Positions 49,681 to 60,084 of a stretch of DNA of 64,000 nt are shown here, in pieces. Position numbers and translations under genes: made by a program. Under the pieces are notes generated by a model, which worked only from the letters and a program-made list of their open reading frames with translations, searched no databases and had not been told where the DNA came from. The DNA is from Leucoraja erinacea (Eukaryota), in the NCBI RefSeq assembly GCF_028641065.1, contig NW_026576274.1:62001-126000 (forward strand), read 5' to 3'. Position 1 is the first letter of the stretch; each line of letters opens with the position of its first letter.

Positions 49681-49976
49681 TTGCAGTGGTTTATATATGT
49701 ACGAAATTCAAGGACTTTATGTTTGTAATGTCTGTGACTGTGGAATCAGACCTGCAGCCGCTGGACGCACAAGCCCATCCACGCCGCCCCGGCGCGCCTG
49801 CTACAGGTGATGTTCCAGTTACAGCGTTTCGATTTCACCATTGTCTACAAAAAGGTCAAGGACATGCACGTAACTGTCAAACGATCAAGGGTCCCAAGAA
49901 AAACCAGCGAACAGCAGCCCTCTGAACAGGACCAGTTCTCGGCAATGGAGGTATCATATGGTCCCACTGAATGCCT

Positions 49977-50030
49977 GGGGTGGGAGATTGCAAACTTCAA
50001 GTGGTCCGCCCTGTTTCAACGAATGCAATC
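49977..50030 (+). ncRNA. Minimal HDV-like ribozyme (copy A)
   Basis: GGGGTGG-GA-GATTGCA-AAC-TTCAAGT-GGT-CCGCCCT-G-TTTCAA-CGAA-TGCAATC. P1 has a G1.U wobble, P2 is a perfect 7 bp, and J4/2 is CGAA. Confidence 0.75.
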
Positions 50031-50114
50031 GACCTGGAGTGCAAAATCAAATTAGATCAAATAGAACAAGTTGTCCAACAACTGTAGGTTGTGCACGCTT
50101 TACACAAGAAGAAG
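49977..50114 (+). mobile_element. 138-bp ribozyme-headed non-autonomous retroelement, copy A
   Basis: Perfect 11-bp TSD actgaatgcct (49966-49976 / 50115-50125) and (aag)3 tail. Confidence 0.88.
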
Positions 50115-50127
50115 ACTGAATGCCTAA

Positions 50128-50363
50128 TGCCCCTGTCCCATTTAGCAAACCTGAACGGGACCCTCTGGAGACTTTGCGACCCACCCAAGGTTTCCGTGCG
50201 TTTCCCGGATGTTCCCGGAAGTTGTTGTCCGTCAACCTGCCTGCTTCCACTACCTGCAACCTCCGGCAACCACCTGCAACCGCCGGGAACCGCACGGAAA
50301 CATTGGTTGGGGCGCAAAGTCTCCAGGGGTTTCAGTTCAGGTTTCCTAAATGGGACAGGGGCA
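50128..50363. mobile_element. PIF/Harbinger-like MITE
   Basis: About 80-bp imperfect TIRs (tgcccctgtcccatttag / ctaaatgggacaggggca) flanked by TAA/TTA. Removal restores the Gypsy frame ECL-SSLEED. Confidence 0.8.
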
Positions 50364-50859
50364 TTAGCAGCCTGGAGGAGGACACAGCCGCTGATGAGAC
50401 TCTACAATTGCTGTCTGCAGTCATCCGGCGTGGCTGGCGGGATAAACAACCAAGTACCCCACTCGCGATTCGCCCATACTTCCAGTTCACGCCAAACTAG
50501 TCCTATAGGACGGAATTATGTTCAAGGGTCACATAGCAGTCAGCCCAGCTGTTCTCCTGGACAACTACTACGATGCCGTCCACAGGGGACACCCCGGTGT
50601 AAAGGCAACCCCACAAGGGGCGCAGAGCATGTTTTACTGGCCTGGTATGACCAAGTATATACGAGAAAAAGTCGAAGTCTGCGCTATCTGTCACAGCCTT
50701 GCGCCACACCAACAGAAACAACCCTTGTTCTCGCACCAGGTTCCGCTTCTGCCGTGGTCCACGGTCGCCAGCGACATATGCGAATGGCATTGAAAACGGT
50801 ACCCGGTTCTCGTCGACTCGTATTCGGGCTGGTTCGAAATTGACCCACTTCAAACCATC

Positions 50860-53800
50860 ATTGTAGAAAAGAAATGACCGTGTTATTTCAACTGAGCTGG
50901 CATTTTGCCCATTTTAATTGGATCATTAATACCCTTTATATTCCAGCTACACAGTGTGATTCCTCCCATTTTCTTTTGTTTATCATCTTGCATTTTCTCG
51001 GATTTTAGTACCCTTATTTATTACGGTGCATCCGTACCTCAGGACTGTGGATATTTGGGGGGCGTTTATATTATTAACTTCCTTGGCAGATCCCTTTTGC
51101 GATTGTCCTTGAAATAAAAACACATATTAGTGACATTTTGTGGTTAAAAAAAATTGAACAAGTAAGATTACAGTGTCTGAAGTATTCGACATTGTAGTGC
51201 GTGTCTCACGCGTCTGTGGGGTCCGACATCTATTCGACTTTCGAAGTTGATGTTGTACAATTAGCTCTGCTCCTTTTATTACTCTAAACCTAAGAAGGCG
51301 GTGCCATTTCAAAATCAATTATATTTCACCCAATTACACTATATATATATATATTCCATTCAGACTTATCAGATCTGTGTTCAGCTACTGTGAAATGTAT
51401 TTATCTAACACTTTATTTATTTATCTAACACTTTCATCTACTAATTATTTACAATTAGTTATATCTTTGATAATAGTAAGTTGTTAGCTGTAAGGGTTAA
51501 CCAGAAACAGGCTCCTGGAATTATGCCAGGTGCCTGAGTCTCCTCCCTTCTTCACACGAACTACATAACACTTAACCTTCCAGTATTATCTACTTTAATT
51601 CTAAAATTTGTCATCTCTATATACGAGCTAGTCATTCTTATTAGCAGATGATTACATTTTGCCCATTAATAGTTCAGATTAGTTTCCATTTGTATTTCTA
51701 TATTAGTATTGTTAATTATTATTAATTATCTATATTTTGTAAAGCTGTTTTAAGATCTTAAACCCCGATGTGTCCATTTGTCCGAATTTTCCACATTCGG
51801 CTCTGCTGTTCATCTCTGCGTTGCTTATCAGTCTTTCCTTTATTTTGAACAAATAATATCCTTGAGTTGAATTCCAAAGCGTCCAAAGGAGATAAGGTGT
51901 TTAGACCATCGTTCGTGGAAATTCTCTTCCATTTTAAACTTTTAGACAGTGGTGTTTCTTACCTTATCTTCAAGTGTTCTCTGTGAAGTAATAATAATCT
52001 TCAGTTTCTGCCACAATCTCTTGGGCATATTTATAAAATGCGTCCGAATTAGTAAAAGTTTTCTCTTTTCCCTTGAAAGTGATGCGCATCCTGGACGGAT
52101 AAAAAAACGCCACATCTTTAACTCCATGAAGAATCTGTCTTGTCTGTTCGAACTGTCTTCTCTTTTGCACGATCCCATAGGAATAATCCCGGAGGAGTTT
52201 GATAGTGTATTTTCCAAAGGTCATCTTCACTCCATATTAGATTTTTTTCATCAGCTCTTCAAGTGCTGAAATGTCCCGAAGTTTGACTATGATCTGTCGT
52301 GGGTGGGCTGGATCTGCTTGTGATCTTGGCTTAAATCTAGGTATTCGATGTGCCACTTCAATTTCCGGTTCCACAGGTAGATTGAGTACGTGTTTGATTA
52401 AGCTGGCAATGAACTCACGAGCGTTGTTCCCCTCTGCCCCTTCTGTTACTCCCAATATTCGTAAATTTTGGCGTCGTGAGCGAGCTTCGAGATCAAGACA
52501 TTTATCTGAAACTTTCGCCAGTTGACTCTTGAGGCTGTCTAGTTCTAGCTTCGTTCCCTGCATATCTTCAGCCATTTGTTCAACAACTGTTTCCATGTCT
52601 TTTATTTCGGTTACATGTGAAGAAACAATTACATGCACAGCCTCAAACTTCTTCTTAGTTTCTTCTTCGCCTTTATTAATTCTCCCCATTAGCTCTTCAT
52701 GCACATCTTCAATTCATTTTTGTACAATGCCAATGCAGTCAATAACTTTTTGATTACCAGCATTAATGTTTGCCATATTTTCCATCAATTTAACATTAAT
52801 ATGTTCCATCATTTTTAAGTTTCCAGCCTCAATATCCTTTCTCAATTCTCTTACCGAGTTCTTTATTATTAGCATAGCGTATTATTAGCATATCAGCAGC
52901 GCGTCAGTTTTTTCAACTTTTTTAAAATGTTCAGTATGTTTAAAAGTATGTGTTTAATGTTCCTTTGTGTGTTTTGTATGGGTGGTGGTGTGGGGGGGGG
53001 GGGGGGGGAGGCAAGGGGGAAAACGCTTCGGTCGCCTCCTCCATGGAGAGGCGACTTTTTCCAGGTCGCCTCCCCCGTGGCCTAACAATAAGGATCGGTG
53101 CGGCCCTTCCCGGAGACGCGCCCGGGGGGCTTCAGCAGCGGGCGCAGCGTGGACTCTCGTCGTGGAGCGGGTGAGCCCTCGCTGGGGTTCGTTGGAGGGG
53201 AGCGCTCCGTTTCGCTGGCCCGGGGAAGCCGGCAGCCTGAAGTTGCAGCCTGAAGTCGCGCTCTGCAGAACCGGGGGGGAGAAGAAGCTTCCACTGCCGG
53301 CCCGCGGCCAACTTTTACCGCGGGGCCGGCATGGACTTAACTTCACCCCTGGGGGGGAGCTTCGACCGCAGGCCCTGCAGTCTACGGTGCTTCTGGCTGC
53401 GGCGGAGACTTTAAACCCGACCGCCGGCCTGCAACTTAAAGCCGCGGTGTCCGGTGAGGAAGAGCCAATCCTGGACTGACTCTGGACTCTGGTCCTGTCC
53501 ACGGGGGGGAAATGGAGGAGGACTGGCCAAATCTTGTGCTTGTGTGCCTTCTGATGAATGCTGTGGTGGATGTTTGTGTTTCATTGTTATTGTGGTTGTG
53601 TGTTCTTTATTATTGTACCGCTGCTGACAACCCAAATTCCACCGACCCTGGTTGTATGATAATAAATTCTATCTAAATTCTATCTAAATTTATCTCCTCC
53701 ATTTCATTTTTCTCCTTAGTAGCCATCTCAGTCTTGGATCTTGTAGCCATTCCAGAATCCACTTCAGAGGTCTGTTCTTCAGTTTTTTTGTGTTTTCAGC

Positions 53801-54032
53801 AGTTTTGAGATGGTTCTCTGAGGGTCTGAGCTGGAGACGGTTTTTTCATTAGGAGTCCTTTTTCCCCCGTTTTAAATCGCAGCGCATACTGATGACGTCA
53901 TCAGCGAGACGTCCCGGGGCTCCGGTGAGTTTTGAATTGATCCCGACTTCCAGACCCGATTTTTACGCTAATATCGCGATTTTACAGCTAAAAGTTGCGA
54001 CTGGCAGTCCAGCATGGTGCCACCGGAAGTCG
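50860..54032 (-). mobile_element. L1 LINE 5' half (5' UTR, ORF1, inter-ORF, start of ORF2)
   Basis: 5' end gacttccggtggcaccatg. ORF1 coiled coil plus DLEARSRRQNLRILG, IEVAHR, PRQIIVK, FYPSRMRI. ORF2 start SWNIKGINDPIK at ~50950. Confidence 0.85.
52905..53690 (+). repeat. GC-rich non-autonomous element with (aaattctatct)n tail inserted in L1 ORF1
   Basis: T-rich head, CpG-rich body, aataaa plus tandem tail; interrupts the ORF1 N-terminus. Confidence 0.55.
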
Positions 54033-54282
54033 GGGAAATTATATTGATGTTGAAAATTCCTGCATCAAGAGATCCTACTTGAGGAGAACTTTCACCATGT
54101 TTGAATTGAAGAGGAATATGCGATTGTGGAGGGAGAGGGTGCGTATTCTCAAATTTGGTAGGATGTTGGACAAGAGAAGATTGAAAAGGATGACTACAAT
54201 TAATGTATCATTCCAGAAAACATGGTTCCCTCAGCAAGAACCCTGGAGGACTCTGTTGATTATATCTATCCAGCATTCGACC

Positions 54283-55033
54283 ATTATAACCATATAACAT
54301 ATAACAATTACAGCACGGAAACAGTCCATCTCGACCCTTCTAGTCCGTGCCGAACACATAATCTCCCCTAGTCCCATATCCCTGCGCTCAGACCATAACC
54401 CTCCATTCCCTTCCCATCCATATAACTATCCAATTTATTTTTAAATGATAAAAACGAACCTGCCTCCACCACCTTCACTGGAAGCTCATTCCACACAGCT
54501 ACCACTCTCTGAGTAAAGAAGTTCCCCCTCATGTTACCCCTAAACTTCAGTCCCTTAATTCTCATGTCATGTCCCCTTGTTTGAATCTTCCCTACTCTCA
54601 GTGGGGAAAGCTTTTCCACGTCAACTCTGTCTATCCCTCTCATCATTTTAAAAACCTCTATCAAGTCCCCCCTTAACCTTCTGCGCTCCAAAGAATAAAG
54701 CCCTAACTTGTTCAACCTTTCTCTGTAACTTAGTTGCTGAAACCCAGGCAACATTCTAGTAAATCTCCTCTGTACTCTCTCTATTTCGTTGACATCCTTC
54801 CTATAATTAGGTGACCAAAATTGTACACCATACTCCAGAATTGGCCTCACCAATGCCTTGTAAAATTTTAACATTACATCCCAACTTCTATACTCAATGC
54901 TCTGATTTATAAAGGCCAGCACACCAAAAGCTTTCTTTACCACCCTATCTACATGAGATTCCACATTCAGGGAACGGTGCACAGTTATTCCCAGATCCCT
55001 CTGTTCACCTACATTCTTCAATTCCCTACCATT
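54283..55033 (-). mobile_element. CR1 subfamily B 3' fragment (open 224-aa frame)
   Basis: Nearly identical to 24635-25385. Confidence 0.95.
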
Positions 55034-55189
55034 CTGCAACATTATTCTCCGAGAACTGTATCTTGGTTCCTCAGAACGATATGATGTGTATAATCAATTC
55101 TACGTGTGTCAGACGCTTCATTGGAACCACGAAGGTGTTTTTTTTATTGCTATACTGTGACTGAGGGAACGAATGCTGCTCAGTTCACA

Positions 55190-55560
55190 AGAGAATTCCT
55201 CGATTCAACAGAGATCTCTGGATTACCACCACACAAATTGGAGTTGGAAAAATGATCTGCATTCACTTTAATGAGAATCTTGCAACCCCCAAGGCTATAC
55301 AATGGAACGAGGTTGATTGTAAAACAGCTACACAATAATCTCATCGTTTCAAGAATCAAGATGGGTGCCTTCAAAAAATGAGATTGCTCTCAATCATAGG
55401 GTTAAGATCAATTTGACAGAAGGTGAAGTCATTACCCTTAGGCGACGCCAATCCCAATTCATAAAGCACAAGCTCAAACGATGGAGAAGGTCTTCATATA
55501 TATCGAGAAACCGGTATTTCAACATGGACAACTGTATGTGGCTCTTAGTCGAAGAAAGCT
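55190..55560 (+). mobile_element. Helitron PIF1-like helicase fragment
   Basis: EFLDS.EISGLPPHKLEL, NGTRLIVKQLHNNLI, LRRRQ, PVFQHGQLYVALSR. Confidence 0.85.
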
Positions 55561-55885
55561 GAAGGATCATGTTAAAGTATTCCCAAAGGATGGGAGGTCA
55601 ACCAGGAAAGTTGTTATTTAACGCGTGATTCGTGGAGCGATGAATCCTGAAGTATGTGCTCAAATTTAATTAATGTTAAAGAAAGAACGCAAAACTGAAG
55701 GCAAAAATAGGCGCAAGAAAGAACTGAACGTCTAGAGTTCCCTTTCTTCCATCTTAAGATCCGAAGTTGATATTCACTGATGGTTACGTCATTTTCAATT
55801 CCACTTGCAACTCCACAGAAAAAAATGCAGTCCATACTTACATACAAAACGCCGCGATATTAGACGGAAGTGGCAAGTAAACAGT

Positions 55886-57055
55886 CATAGAAACATAGAA
55901 ACCGCCATTCAATATGATCATGGCTGATCCTCCAACTCAGTATCCCGTACCTGCCTTCTCTCCATACCCCCTGATACCTTTAGCCACAAGGGCCACATCT
56001 AACTCCCTCTTGAATATAGCCAATGGACTGGCCTCAACTACCTGCTGTGGCAGAGAATTCCGGAGATTCACCACTCTCTGTTGATTTTTTTTTCTCATCT
56101 CGGCCCTAAAAGATTTCCCCCTTATCCTTAAACTGTTACCCCCTGTTCTGGACTTCCCCAACATCGGGAACTATATTCCTGCATCTAGCCTGTCCAACCC
56201 CTTAAGAATTGGGTAAGTTTCTATAAGATCTCCCCTCAAACTTCTAAATTCGAATACAAGGCGAGTCTATCCAGTCTTTCGTCATATGAAAGTCCTGACA
56301 TCCCAGGAATCAGTCTGGTGAATCTTCTCTGTACCCCCTCTATGGCAAGCATGTATTTCCTCAGATTAGGAGACCAAAACTGTGCGCAATACTCCAGGTG
56401 TGGTCTCACGGGGACCCTGTACAACTGCAGTAGAACCTCCCTGCTCCTATACTCAATTCCTTTTGCAATGAATGCTAAGATACCATTCGCTTTCATATTT
56501 ATCAACATTATACGTGGGATATTATCTTTATGTTTCTGGTGTTTGACATGAGTGACGTGGATAGGCTGTGTGAGTGGGCAAATGCATGGCAGATGCAGTA
56601 TAATGTGGATAGTGTTGATAAATGTGAGGTTACCCACTTTGTTGGAAAATCAGGAAAGTAGACTTTTATCTGAATGGTGGCCGATTAGGAAAAGGGGAGA
56701 TGCAACGAGACCTGGGTGTCATGGTACACCAGTCATTGAAAGTAAGCATGCAGGTGCAGCAGGCCGTGAAGAAAGCGAATGGTATCTTAGCATTCATTGC
56801 AAAATGATTTGAGTATAGGAGCAGGGAGGTTCTACTGCAGTTGTACAGGGTCTTGGTGAGACCAGTCCATTGGCTATATTCAAGAGGGAGCTAGATGTGA
56901 CCCTTGTGGCTAAAGGTATCAGGGGGTATGGAGAGGAGGCAGGTACGGGATACTGAGTTGGAGGATCAGCCATGATCATATTGAATGGCGGTGCAGGCTC
57001 GAAGGGCAGAATGGCCTACTCCTGCACCTATTTTCTATGTTTCTATGTTTCTATG
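55886..57055. mobile_element. Two CR1-A fragments in opposite orientation (55886-56495 -, 56550-57055 +)
   Basis: Both tails point outward and abut the same 145-bp flank. Confidence 0.85.
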
Positions 57056-58039
57056 ACTGTTTACTTGCCACTTCCGTCTAATATCGCGGCGTTTTGTATG
57101 TAAGTATGGACTGCATTTTTTTCTGTGTAGTTGCAAGTGGAATTGAAAATTACGTAACCATCAGTGAATATCAACTGCGGATCTTAAGATGGAAGAAAGG
57201 TCTATATTTGAAAATGTTTGGGGCCAATGGAGTGTTTTTTCACCTTGATACCTATTTCAGTATTATCAGAATGCCTTAATGCCAGGCTTGTTCAAATGCT
57301 GCTTTTTTGTTTAGAGCTGTCAGTGTCACCTCATTTCTGGATCTCAGATAATTAGACTGAACGTCTTGAGGATCTGCGAGAAATAAAGCAAAGCCAGCAG
57401 GGAACAAGAGACTCACCAAGAAGTGGCCAAAAAAGTTAAATCCGTATAGGGTAGCACAGTGTATTTTCTATTCATATGTTAATGGTTTGATAGATACAAT
57501 TATATTTAGAAGTTTATAAATATCTACACCGTAATAAATATCAATATCGTTTTACATCATGCCAAGAAATAAGAGCAATCGTTTGCAGCATGGTCAAGGA
57601 ACAACGCAAACTGAGGTCGAAAAGCAGTAACGAGCAGAAGGGAACAATAGATGCAACAGGAAGTTTCCAAAACGGTACACGATAACAAAAACACGATACA
57701 CGAAAGCACAATGTCGTTTTTACTTATAGGTTAATGCATTCAAAGATAACATTGTCTTTTGAAGTTTATAAATATCTACAATAGATAAAATTGTCTTTTA
57801 TAATCATATGTCATTGGCTTGATAGAAGGAATAAAGAGACGATACAAGAAATAACAACGGTTGAAAGATCTCAAAAAAGAGCGCAGGACAAAGAGACGCG
57901 ACAAGAAAATAACTGAACGTCTCGAAACTGAAATCAACGAAAAAGAAAACAAAACAGAGCAAGCCAGAGACACAACAAGAAATAACCGAACTGAATAAAT
58001 GTCATGTTTAACGTTTAAATTGTTATATTTTAAGAGATT

Positions 58040-59150
58040 CACATTTTAAGCTTTAATATATCCCTTTTCCGATAGCCGTGCCCGACAGCCGCGCGTGCGC
58101 AATACTTCCTCCATCTTCTATGTCACAAAAGGAACCCGTAAGCCGCGCCTGCGCAGTTGGGGGCTAGGTTTGAATGGGGAATGGGAATGGGAATGGTGAA
58201 TGGGAATATTGCGTTCGGGGACCAGCTCTCAAGGTGGGGGGGGGGGGAGGGGGGGACCGCCGCACGGCGCCTAGTGGGAAGGCTGCAGACGCGTGTCGAG
58301 CCGGCGACTGGGCGTGGGGTAGAGCAGAGCCTGGAGCTGGAGTGAGGGCCGAACCCGGTGCTTTGGATGGGGCGGTGACCGGCGCTGAAAAACAAGCCGC
58401 TGGTGCAACAAAGGACGTTTACCCGAGATGAAGTCGGGACATGCGCGGAGATGAATTCGGGGACTGAAATGGAGACTGCAGCGGCCGAACTGACGGCTGC
58501 AGTTTACAGCCAGGGCCGGGCTGTGTATGGGAGCAGGCTGAGGTCCTGGCGCTGCTCTACGACCTGGATAGGTGCAGCATCTATCCCCTCCCCCTCTCTC
58601 TCTACCCCCCCCCCTCTCTCTCTCTCTGCCCCCTCCATCGCTACACCTCCACGTCCCTCTCTACCCCTCCTCCTCCCTCTCTACCATCTCCACCTCCCAT
58701 TCTACATCCTCCTCGTCCTTCTCTATATCCTGCCTCTCTGCCCCCCTCCCTCTCTAACCCCTTCCCTCTCAACCCCATCATTCTCTGGGGAATCGTGAGT
58801 ATTGAGACCTATGGGTGAGTGGTGCAGTATTGCATTCGGGATCCAGCCCTCCCCTATGACCGCGCCCCCCACTACCTTTAAAACTCTACCCCTCTCCATC
58901 TCCCTCTCTACCCCCTCCTCCTCCCTCTCCAACCCCTCACCCTCTCCCTCTCTAGCCGCGCCCGCGCAGTTGGGGGCTATGCAGGGTGGGGATGTGGTGG
59001 ATGCGCTGGATCGGGCTGGGGATGGGGTAAAAGGAGCGAATGAATAATATTAATATAATATCAAGGGACGTGCTTAGGGTGTGCGTGTGGGGGTCGTTAG
59101 TGTGTGTGTGTGTGATGTCGCAGGCCGCAACGGGTCACACTTGTTCTTAT
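58040..59150 (+). repeat. Probable non-autonomous Helitron-like repeat
   Basis: Internal direct repeat gccgcgcc.gcgcagttgggggcta (58142, 58954), CT-rich core, and a degenerate 3' hairpin-like end. Confidence 0.3.
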
Positions 59151-60084
59151 AATTTAAAACGTGAATTTGGGCACAAGCAAAGACAAAATATCCCCAAATT
59201 AATAAGGAAATTGTGACAAAAGATTTATTATGAGGAACATAAGAGGCGATCACATTTTTTAGTTGACTCATTGTATAGAGAGTATACACTTTGGCAACAT
59301 TGTAGTAAAGTAATACCCAGATAAACAGTGCAAGAATAATCTAAATTTGTGTCTGATTAATATTGCGCCATATGGCAAGAATGTTCATTAACATGGAGAC
59401 GTGGGAGTGGTTCCGCGCGTGGATTCAATTGAGGTGCTGGACAGTGTTCTCTTTAATCTTCACCCGAAAGCTAGCTACAGTCGTGGGACACACCATCTGC
59501 CTTCGTCACAGACGAATCGACTCACGGTTTGGTTGTGTTGATTTCATTAGAGATCAATAAACACAGTAAACATTTATTTTGTTAATGCCGTTGTCTATTA
59601 CTGATGTTTCCAGCACTGAAATCAGTAGAATGCAGCCTGAATGTTCTTCTTTCAGTACGGCATATGTCTTACTTTACCCCGAAATTAATCTTCCTTGCTT
59701 AACTTAAAGAAACCACGTTTTGCGCCGGTGACAAAATATACATCTGAAATTCTTTGCCTGTGTCCTAAATTATACTGATCCCAGGAATCCGAAGATAAGC
59801 AGCTCAGATCCTTAGACGTAGAATGTACACCACCTGGTCTTCACGATATTAACAAACAGTATTAAAAATAATTGTTTGCAATACCCCCGAGTAGCGAAAT
59901 GAATTCATTGGTGACACAATGTGTTAAACATGGTTGGCAGCATGGTTGGTAGGTTGTGACGAACATGACTAAGAAGATGGTGAGATTTGATTGGCTCAGT
60001 GGACTTTCCCTCTCTTGTATAAGAGGTTGTAAAACACGAGCAGCTGGGACGTTCTGTACCAATAATCGTCGCTTCACGTGTAAA

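Larger units (their letters stand above)
45730..50850 (+). mobile_element. Ty3/Gypsy remnant 2 (LTR end, gag, PR, RT, RNase H, integrase N-half), multiply interrupted
   Basis: aataaa..ctaca LTR end with PBS-like tgatgccaagaa, gag start ~45904, CPNC..H..C..CHYC knuckles, KVDPGAKCNVL, SDWVS..ICINPRHLN, PFGINSA..FQR, IIVDD, EQRYAQIEKE, GHPGV..FYWPGM..CAIC, PWSTVASD. Confidence 0.88.

Noticed and set aside
53060-53100. gcc-tcccccgt-ggc resembling HDV P3/L3
   Set aside because: No matching P1 or P2 partner strands were found.
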